From positions 1 to 8,160 of the forward strand of contig NW_021828501.1 in NCBI RefSeq assembly GCF_006345805.1: a stretch of DNA of 8,160 nucleotides, in the 5' to 3' direction. Under the pieces are notes generated by a model that saw only the letters and a list, made by a program, of their open reading frames with translations, did not search any database and was not told where the DNA came from. Positions 1-7,318 of the stretch are shown piece after piece. Every line of letters starts with the position of its first letter. Position 1 is the stretch's first letter. The DNA comes from Octopus sinensis (lineage: Eukaryota). A program made the translations under genes and the position numbers.

Positions 1-76
1 ACAATGCGAAGTGCATTGTGACCAGCGATGTGTAGCAACATCTGATAACCTGGTCGGTCAAGGTGATCAAGGTGAT
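1..76 (+). mobile_element. Probable 3' end of a non-LTR retroelement (SINE/LINE), cut by the window edge
   Basis: Ends in a short tandem tail (tcaaggtga x2) running into (AT)n. Resembles an octopus repeat 3' end as recalled from memory; not verified. Confidence 0.4.
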
Positions 77-98
77 ATGTATATATATATATATATAT

Positions 99-171
<73 letters not shown>
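77..171. repeat. Compound microsatellite (AT)n-(AG)n
   Basis: Directly visible dinucleotide runs. Confidence 0.97.
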
Positions 172-174
<3 letters not shown>

Positions 175-372
175 TCTATATTCAAAATAGTAGTGCTCAA
201 AAGATTTAAGCCTACACTCCGAGATCTTCATTGAAGACCAAGTCAGCTGCATTAAAAAGAGTGGCCACAAGAGGAGTTCAAGAGAAGTTCAAGTGAGCAG
301 ATGTGAAGACAACGATGCAGATAAATAAGTAAAATTCCTTTGGTTTGATGTACAGTGTACAAGCTTGTTTTC

Positions 373-459
<87 letters not shown>

Positions 460-492
460 GTGTGTGGTGTGTGTGTGTGTGTGTGTGTGTGT
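373..492. repeat. Compound microsatellite (AT)n-(GT)n
   Basis: Directly visible. May be the internal microsatellite of the SINE remnant that follows. Confidence 0.97.
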
Positions 493-703
493 TTGTGTTT
501 GTTCCCCCACAAGCGCCTGGCAACCGATGTTGGCGTGTTTGTGTCCTCAGAACTTTGCGATTTGGCAAAAAGAAACAAATTGAATAAGTTCTCGCAATTA
601 AAGAAAATTATAAATTCTTGAATAGATTAATTTCGGGTCAAAATTTCGTCATGGCTGTACCGTAGCATGGTCGCTTTCCAATGACTAAAACAAGTAAAGA
701 CAA
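493..703 (+). mobile_element. Degenerate 3' half of an octopus-type SINE
   Basis: tttgttccccc...caaccgatgttggcgtgttt...ggcaaaaaga...gaataag...agcatggtcgc...aatgactaaaacaagtaaaga follows the motif order recalled for an octopus SINE 3' region. The agcatggtcgc motif matches the minus-strand agcatggccgc motif near 7998-8008. Confidence 0.65.
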
Positions 704-782
704 ATATATAACTATATATATATATATATGTAACTATAACTATATATATATATATATATATATGTATATGTATATGTAACTA

Positions 783-822
<40 letters not shown>

Positions 823-840
823 CGTGGGTATATATATATA

Positions 841-907
<67 letters not shown>

Positions 908-910
908 ATA
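704..910. repeat. Compound (AT)n/(GT)n/(ATGT)n microsatellite with a duplicated gtaactataac motif (730 and 776)
   Basis: Directly visible. Confidence 0.95.
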
Positions 911-1192
911 TCTGTGAATATAATTGTTCTGCAATATTCAGATCAAGTAATCAAGAATAAAATGAAGAATACGAACAAGATTGCGGCGAGCAAAAATTCC
1001 ATGCCCACCACCACCACCACCACACAGAATTATAGGATTAAGTAAGTGTTAGTGACGTCATAAAATAAAGACGATGAGCAATATCAACATCAAATACAAT
1101 AATAATAATAATAGCAAGAAGCACAAAAAACATTACAACAAAAACAATAATTTCTTTGAAAAATTTGTAGTAGGAGGGGAACCATAAATGAT

Positions 1193-1322
1193 GTACATGT
1201 ATGTGTGTGTGTATGTGTGCGTGTCTGTGTACACACATACGCACACATACACACACATATATATATATTTATACACACAGATGTATACATACGCACATAC
1301 ATATATGCAAACTTACGTGCGT
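1193..1322. repeat. Degenerate (GT)n/(AC)n/(AT)n low-complexity tract
   Basis: Directly visible. Confidence 0.9.
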
Positions 1323-1377
1323 GCAAGCCAGGCTTTCTTTTATCCACCTTTCAAATAAGAATAATAAAAACAGCAAT

Positions 1378-1510
1378 ATTTCCTTATTCTGGCACAAGGC
1401 CAGCAATTTTGATGAGAGCGAGAAGGCGATCACATCGACCCAGAGAGGTTGAAAGCAAAGTTGACCAAGTTGGAAACTGAACACCGGACGTAAAGAGTCC
1501 GAAGAAATAC
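1378..1510 (-). mobile_element. SINE copy 1 (highly decayed, internal deletion)
   Basis: ggcacaaggccagcaa tail (shared with copy 4), cacatcgaccc, gaaagcaaagttgacc and aactgaacaccggacgtaaag align with the better copies downstream. Confidence 0.7.
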
Positions 1511-1512
1511 TA

Positions 1513-1626
1513 CTTTCACATTCTGGCAGAGGGCAGGCAGCTTTCGAAGGGCGGGGGACCCGGTGCACCACTGGAACTTATTTTATCGACCCTGGGTGAA
1601 TGAATGAAAGTCGAAGTCGAACTTAG
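1513..1626 (-). mobile_element. SINE copy 2 (decayed, head missing)
   Basis: Core motif actggaacttattttatcgaccc...tgaaagtcgaagtcgaac. Confidence 0.7.
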
Positions 1627-1805
1627 TACAGAGGGCGCCAGGCGATTACATTGACCTCTGTACTCAATTACTACTTATTTTATCGACCCTGAAAGGATGA
1701 AAGGTAAAGTCGAATTCAGCGAAATTTGAACTCAGAACACAAAGGCAGACGAAATGCCACGAAGCAATTTGTCCGGCGTACTAACGATTCTGCCAGCTTG
1801 CCGCT
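1627..1805 (-). mobile_element. SINE copy 3 (tRNA-like head retained, 3' tail lost)
   Basis: Core ttatcgaccctgaaaggatgaaagg; B-box (reverse complement gagttcaaatt); head ...ctaacgattctgccagcttgccgc. Confidence 0.85.
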
Positions 1806-1818
1806 TTAATAACAATAA

Positions 1819-2020
1819 TTTCAAATTTTGGCACAAGGCCAGCAAGCTAGGGGGAGTGGGTAAGTCAATTACATCGACCCCAGTGTTCAACTGGTGCTTA
1901 TTTTATCGACCCCGAATGGATGAAAAGCAAAGTGGACCTCAGCGGAAATTGAACTCAGAACGTAAAGACAGAAGATAAGCAATTTTTCCAGTATGCTAAC
2001 GATTTTACCAGTTCGCAACC
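1819..2020 (-). mobile_element. SINE copy 4
   Basis: Tail, core and head all present, with a small deletion near 1975. Flanked by (AAT)n-like runs. Confidence 0.88.
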
Positions 2021-2041
2021 TTAATAATAATAATAAAATAA

Positions 2042-2151
2042 ATCGTTTCTACTCCAGGCAGAAGGACTGAAATGTTGGAGATGTGTTAAGTCGATTACAT
2101 CGACCCTAGTGCTTAACTGTTACTTATTGTATTGACCCCGAAAGGATGAAA
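2042..2151 (-). mobile_element. SINE copy 5 (5'-truncated)
   Basis: Tail tcgtttctactccaggcagaagg plus core up to ccccgaaaggatgaaa. Confidence 0.82.
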
Positions 2152-2169
2152 TATATAATAAGAAGAATA

Positions 2170-2381
2170 ATCCTTTCTACTCTAGGCCCAAGGCCACAAA
2201 TTTGACGGGGAAGGGGCTAAATCGACCCCTAATACCTAACTGGTACTTATTTTATCAATCCCGAAAGAAAGAATGAAAGATTAAGTCGACTTCGGCAGAA
2301 TTTGAACTCAGAACGTACAGACGGATGAAATGCTGCTAAGCATTTTGCCCGGCGTGCTAACGATTCGGCCAGGTCGCCGCC
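2170..2381 (-). mobile_element. SINE copy 6 (near full length)
   Basis: Tail tcctttctactctaggcccaaggcc, core, B-box, head ending tcgccgcc. Confidence 0.9.
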
Positions 2382-2399
2382 TTAACAACACCAATAATA

Positions 2400-2600
2400 A
2401 TCCTTTCGACTAAAGGCATAAGGTCAGAAATTTGAGGAGAGGTGAGTAGTCGATTACATGGACCCCAGTGTTTCACTGGTACTAAATTTATCGACCCCGA
2501 AAGGAAGATAGGCAACGTCGACCTCGGCGGAATTTGAACTCCGAACGTAAAGGCGGACGAAATGCTGCCAAGCATTTTGCGCCCAGCGTGCTAACGATTC
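2400..2600 (-). mobile_element. SINE copy 7 (first ~15 nt of head missing)
   Basis: Tail tcctttcgact...aaggtcagaaattt, core and B-box. Stops at ctaacgattc, where copy 8 abuts. Confidence 0.9.
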
Positions 2601-2785
2601 TTATTTCTTTATTGCCCACAAGGGGCTAAACATAGAGGCAACGAACAAGGACAGACAAAGGGATTAAGTCGATTACATCAACCCCAATGCGTTACAGCTA
2701 CTTATTTAATCGACCCCCGAGAAGATGAAAGGCAAAGTCGACCTCGTCGGAATTTGAACTCAGAACGTAGCGGCAGACGAAATGC
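2601..2785 (-). mobile_element. SINE copy 8 (cccacaaggggctaaa-tail subtype, 5'-truncated)
   Basis: Close match to copy 9 and the 5727 copy. Ends at gacgaaatgc. Confidence 0.92.
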
Positions 2786-3014
2786 CTATTTCTTTACTAC
2801 CCACAAGGGGCTAAAAACAGAGGGAACGAACAAGGACATACAGAGGTATTAAGTCGATTATATCGACCCCAGTGCGTAACTGGTTCTTATTTAATCGACC
2901 CCGAAAGGATGAAAGGCAAAGTCGACCTCGGCGGAATTTGAACTCAGAACGTAACAGCAGATGAAATACTGCTAAGCATTTCGCCCGGCGTGCTAACGTT
3001 TCTGCCAGCTCGCC
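2786..3014 (-). mobile_element. SINE copy 9: near full-length tRNA-derived CORE-SINE-like element (octopus OR-type)
   Basis: On the minus strand: A-box-like tggcagaaacg, B-box-like gagttcaaattcc, then gcctttcatcctttcggggtcgattaaataag resembling the CORE domain, and 3' end ...aaagaaata. Family name is from memory. Confidence 0.92.
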
Positions 3015-3039
3015 GGTTTAACAACAACAATAATAATAG

Positions 3040-3100
3040 CAATAATTTTAAACACTGGCATAATCTGCAACTCTTAAAAGCTGGGGTTGGGCGAATTTTA
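3040..3100 (-). mobile_element. Very decayed SINE 3'-tail stub (possible copy 10)
   Basis: aataattttaaacactggcataatctgcaa...ggggttgggcgaatt loosely parallels the copy 4 tail aataatttcaaattttggcacaaggccagcaa...ggggagtgggtaagtcaatt. Confidence 0.4.
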
Positions 3101-3198
3101 AAAAAAATGCAAAACCAAGCAATTAAATTATAAATACTCACATATGGTTCAAGAGAGCTCAGAGGAGTTGAACACATTTATATATATATAGAACTGTT

Positions 3199-3379
3199 TG
3201 TTATTGTTGTTGCTATGGTTGTTTAGTCCTTAGTAAATACTGAACGGGCAAACCTTATTATTGTCAATATTTAAAAGTATTCCTTCCATGACGGTCCCAT
3301 ATTTACGACAACAAGGTGTGACTTAAGAAACATTTGACTGGTATTTCTAGCGTGTCAGGCGACCGAGTAGACGCCCCTC
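3199..3379 (-). mobile_element. Degenerate 3' part of a different octopus-type SINE
   Basis: (GTT)n-like tail then gtttagtcc...ccatgacggtccc...ggtgtgactt...tatttctagc...gcgacc..gtaga..cccctc, matching the motif order of an octopus repeat recalled from memory. Confidence 0.6.
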
Positions 3380-3384
3380 ATCGT

Positions 3385-3485
3385 TGATATTGTACGTGTA
3401 TATATGTGCGTATAATGTTTACGTGTGTGTGTGTGTAATTGTTTGTGTATGTTGCGTGCATGTGTGCATATATACGAGTTACACG
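3385..3485. repeat. Degenerate (GT)n/(AT)n tract
   Basis: Directly visible. Confidence 0.85.
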
Positions 3486-3599
3486 TGTGCCGAGGTCAGT
3501 GTGTTCCGGGCCAGTCTGCAGCCTCTCCTCTCCACACACGACATCATGTGTTGTCATTTAGGTGTCACAACTCGTGTAGCAAGGTCAAGGTTACTATCG

Positions 3600-3634
<35 letters not shown>

Positions 3635-3653
3635 ATCTATCTCACGCAGGCTT

Positions 3654-3684
<31 letters not shown>

Positions 3685-3688
3685 TCTC
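3600..3688. repeat. (CT)n microsatellites
   Basis: Directly visible. Confidence 0.95.
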
Positions 3689-3744
3689 ATTTAATTGTAT
3701 ATATTTTAATTGTTTGTTTGTTTATTCATGTTTCGTCTCATTCG

Positions 3745-3805
3745 ATACCCTGACCCCCAACGTTTGTTTTGTCCCCTCTTTTTCTCAACCTTATGGTGAA
3801 TAAAG

Positions 3806-3809
<4 letters not shown>
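3745..3809 (+). mobile_element. 3'-tail fragment of the copy 8/9 SINE subtype in the opposite orientation
   Basis: tttgtcccctcttttttctcaaccttatggtgaataaagaaata aligns with the reverse complement of the 5727 copy tail (tttgtcccctctatgtttagccccttgtgggcagtaaagaaata). Confidence 0.7.
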
Positions 3810-3845
<36 letters not shown>

Positions 3846-4062
3846 CTTGTCTCTTAGATTCTCTTTTGTACTGTCTCTTTCTATCTCCCCATCCATCACT
3901 CTCAGACTCACTCACTCTCACTGACTCCTTCCCTCACCCTCTCTTCCTCCCCCTCCCTCTCTCTTTCAGTCTTTTCTCTCTCTCTCTCTCCATTTCTCTT
4001 TGACTCTGTCCTTTAGACTTTCTCTGAGGCTCTCTTTCCCTTTGACTCTTTGACTCTTTGAC

Positions 4063-4100
<38 letters not shown>

Positions 4101-4505
4101 TGACTCGTAGGCTTTCATAATATGTCGCTGTTTCACCCTTCTCTCTTTCTCACTTTTTCCCTCTGTCTCATGTCATCTTTCTCCCTCTCTCAATGACCCT
4201 TACTCTTAGATTCACTCTCTCTCTCCCTCCCTCTCTCTCTATGACAATTAGACTTTCTCTCTAGGACACTCCTCTTTCTCTTGAAATCTTCCTCTTAAAC
4301 CTCTCTCTCTCTCTCTCACACATCTCCCCTCTGGAACAATGTATATCTCTCTGGTTCAGTCTCTCCTTCATTCTTCAAGTCAAACTCTTCCTCTTTGTCT
4401 CTCTCTCACTCTTTCTCTCTTTCTCTCTCCTCTCTCTCCTTCTCTTTCTCTCTCTCACTCTCTCTCTCTTTCTCTCTCACTCTCACTCTCTCTTTCTCTT
4501 TTCTA
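3810..4505. repeat. Long degenerate (CT)n polypyrimidine tract
   Basis: About 700 bp dominated by C/T on the + strand with pure (CT)n runs. Confidence 0.93.
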
Positions 4506-4956
4506 ATTTAACCCCATGTAGTGGGAGCATGCTATTGTCACATGTGGGCCAAGTTCAAGGTACTTTATGCTAATATGTTTTTCTTACCTTTCTACTTTTA
4601 CCAATGTACTCCATAACGTAAAACTGCTGATGTTAGGGTAATCCATGCATTTGTACTCCCTCTCTCTCCTCTCTTTTTCTTTCCCCTTTTCACACTTGAT
4701 GGTATTAAACTAATCCGTACAATGCCTCATTTACCATTCTCAATGTAATCCGAGATCGTACTCCTGTTTCTTCCTTGGTTCTAATTAGATAAACCACAGA
4801 GAGACACCTGTGACCGTATCAAGGTAATGCACACGATTGGCCACACGTTATTTCTCTCTCATACTCCTCATTGGTTCCATTTAGTTACTCCATGTTGGTA
4901 TCACATTGACCAATATCAAGGTAAAATCCACGAGGTCATACTCTTGTTTTTCTTTT

Positions 4957-5280
4957 GGTTTATACTTAGATAATCCACAGAGAAACATGTATCCGTATCA
5001 AGATAATCCACGACTTTAGTCACACGTTATCTCACATTCTCTCTTTCTATGGATTTACATATTTGTCAACTCCATGGTAAAATCCAGAAGGTCATACTCC
5101 AATTTTTCGCTGGTTTATACTTAGATAATCCACAGAGAAACATGTATCCGTATCAAGATAATCCACGACTTTAATCACACGTTATCTCACATTCTCTCTT
5201 TCTATGGATTTACATATTTGTCAACACCATGGTAAAATTCAGAAGGTCATACTCCAATTTTTCGCTGGTTTGTACTTAAA
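4957..5280. repeat. Recent 155-bp tandem duplication (two copies plus start of a third)
   Basis: 4957-5111 vs 5112-5266 differ at about 3 positions. Confidence 0.97.
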
Positions 5281-5477
5281 TAAATCCAAGGGAGACACGT
5301 GTGCCCAGGTAAAGGTAAACGATGCTTTTGGTCTCAGGTTCTTTCTTTATTTTTTCTCTTCTCCATTGATTGCATTTAGTTAAACCACGTAAGTGTAACA
5401 TTTTCCATATGGTAAAATCCACGGAGCATTATGGCCGTTTTTCTCCCTGTTGCATTTAGTTACATCATAGCGAGACG

Positions 5478-5590
5478 TTCTTGTGCAAATGCAGCTCATG
5501 TTTTGAGTCACACATTCTTGTGAAAATGCAGCTCATGTTTTGAGTCACACATTCTTGTGCAAATGCAGCTCATGTTTTGAGTCACACATT
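5478..5590. repeat. 37-bp minisatellite x3
   Basis: ttcttgtgcaaatgcagctcatgttttgagtcacaca at 5478, 5515 and 5552, with one mismatch in copy 2. Confidence 0.98.
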
Positions 5591-5726
5591 ATCTCTCATT
5601 CTCTTTCTGGTTTCTTCTCTTTGCTGGTTACTCTTAGATACTCGTAGATGTCACATTTGTCAGTGTTAGAAGAAAAATCCATGAAATCGTAGTTCTATGT
5701 TTCTCTCTTGGTTGTACTTAAAAATA

Positions 5727-5948
5727 TATTTCTTTACTGCCCACAAGGGGCTAAACATAGAGGGGACAAACAAGGACAGAAAAAGGGATTAAGTTGATTA
5801 CATCAACCCCAGTGCGTAACTGGTACTTAATTTATCGACCCCGAAAGGATGAAAGGCAAAGTCGACCTCGGCGGAATTTGAACTCAGAACGTAACGACAG
5901 ACGAAATACCGCTAAGCATTTCGCCCAGCGTGCTAACGCTTCTGCCAG
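5727..5948 (-). mobile_element. Young SINE (copy 8/9 subtype) with 7-bp target-site duplication
   Basis: High identity to copy 9. aaaaata at 5720-5726 and 5949-5955 flanks it exactly. Confidence 0.95.
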
Positions 5949-6582
5949 AAAAATACCACATGGAAGCACATGAGGTAAGGTAATCCATGCTTATGATCAC
6001 AACTATTTATCTTTCTCTTTCTCTCTTTCTACTGGCTTTACTTATTTACTTGATGAATATCATGTTTGCCAGTCCACAAGGTTGTACTTCTATTTCTCCT
6101 TTCATTATATTTAATTATACTATTGAGGGAGACGTGTACCTATCTGAAAGTACTTTCAGTCACAAGTTATTTATCTCTCTTTTCCCCTCTCTCTCTCTTC
6201 TTCTCTTTTCTATTGGTTGCATTTAGATACTCCAAATAGTGTCACATTTGCCAATGCTAGAGTAAAAGCTATGGAATTGTACTCTTGTTTCTCTCTTGGT
6301 TGTACTGAGATACTCCATGCGCTGACACCTGTACCAACCTGAAGATTAAACCATACTTTTATACTCCCCCTCTCTTTCTGACTTGATTGTATTCAATTAA
6401 TCCATATGATGTTATAGTTACCTGTAATATAAGGTAATCCAAGAGACCGCGCTTCTGTTATTCTCTAGGTTGTACTCAGTTACTCCATGTCTCTGTTATG
6501 GTTGCCAGAATCAAGGTAAACTTCCTTGGATTCGAACTCCCTCCATCACTACTGTGTTTTACATTTTTTCTGTTCACAACGA

Positions 6583-6900
6583 TCCTATGTAGCAGCACAT
6601 GTTTGACATCGAATATATATCTGTAATAACGAAAATACTTCCATATATTCTAGTGGTTTTTCTGTGCACAGCTACTCCATGTTGCATCACGTGATTGCGG
6701 ACAAATATATCTGCTATGTTAACGAAGATAATTCAGTGTACATTAGAGATTTGTCTGTACTCTCAGATTCCATGTTGCATCACGTGACTTTGGTTGAAAA
6801 TACATCCACCATGTTCCTATATATTCTATGAATTCTTCAGCACATAGAGATTCCATGAAGCTCCACGTGGTTAAGAACTTGTTTACCAGAACGAAGGCAG
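6583..6900. repeat. Degenerate ~83-93 bp tandem repeat (about 4 units)
   Basis: tccatgttgcatcacgtga identical at 6676 and 6769; variants at 6583 and 6852. Confidence 0.7.
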
Positions 6901-6977
6901 CATAAAACCATTCGAATTTGAAGTTTCCTCCACCTGCAATTCAATAAAACTTCATATGGTTGCCAAGTTCAAGATAC

Positions 6978-7022
6978 ACCAAGGTACTCCAGGTACTCCA
7001 AGGTACTCCAAGGTACTTCAAA
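6978..7022. repeat. 10-bp tandem repeat (caaggtactc) about x4
   Basis: ccaaggtactccaggtactccaaggtactccaaggtacttcaa. Confidence 0.92.
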
Positions 7023-7318
7023 GCTTCTGTCGTTCACAGTCGAAAGGCCATTTAAGCACAGGCATGTGTATGCGTATGATTATACGTGTGTGAGTGTGCG
7101 TGGATGCAAGACAACGTATAGAAAGCACATTTAATCTTATTATTCATTAGGTTCTCAAGTTTACGTTTACTGTGGTTAATAACCTCCAATGTACTCCATA
7201 GTTGTTCTTCATCTTAAGGAGCAATTCCTTGAAGACGTTTGCAACGAGGAAAACAGTATATTCTACAATTTTTTTGTACATAGCGATCGTATGTAGACTC
7301 ACGTGTTTGAAGCTAAAT

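Larger units (their letters stand above)
4510..6520. repeat. Decayed tandem repeat with alternating related ~85-bp (A) and ~95-bp (B) subunits
   Basis: Subunits begin ggtt(g/t)(t/c)a(c/t)ttag(a/t)ta(a/c)tcca and carry an internal (tc)aaggtaa(aa)tcca. Starts near 4777, 4873, 4957, 5112, 5267, 5367, 5448, 5626, 5710, 6033, 6215, 6297, 6384 and 6468. Confidence 0.8.

Noticed and set aside
67-1347. ORFs with HT, CV, YI and SL dipeptide runs
   Set aside because: Translations of dinucleotide microsatellites, which lack stops in some frames.
1378-3014. CRISPR-like reading of the repeated array
   Set aside because: Units are about 200 bp, diverged and homologous throughout. There are no short identical repeats with unique spacers and no cas genes, and the context is eukaryotic.
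2930-3014. tRNA gene (also 5870-5948)
   Set aside because: A- and B-box-like motifs continue directly into the SINE core. No complete cloverleaf is evident; these are SINE heads.
270-3169. Shared words agaggagtt and gttcaagaga at 270-285 and 3147-3169
   Set aside because: Only 9-10 bp, in swapped order, with no flanking alignment. Expected by chance in 8 kb.
1205-3177. ORFs over the SINE cluster (e.g. 1754-1978, 2357-2575, 2944-3177)
   Set aside because: Chance frames through non-coding SINE sequence with no protein similarity evident.
3136-3195. Minus-strand GTGAGT donor at 3141-3136
   Set aside because: No credible acceptor or coding-like exon upstream.
3384-3921. 139-aa, 89-aa and 71-aa ORFs
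   Set aside because: Made largely of (GT)n and (CT)n translations plus a SINE tail.
5987-6226. 79-aa hydrophobic ORF resembling a membrane peptide
   Set aside because: Arises from CT-rich satellite subunits, which encode L/S/F by composition.
4870-6520. Decayed C2H2 zinc-finger array (84-bp period) or reflectin-like YSM repeat
   Set aside because: The ~85-bp period and tactccatg are suggestive in a cephalopod, but no frame gives C-x2-C/H-x3-H/TGEKP or MD-rich motifs, stops are frequent, and unit lengths vary out of frame.
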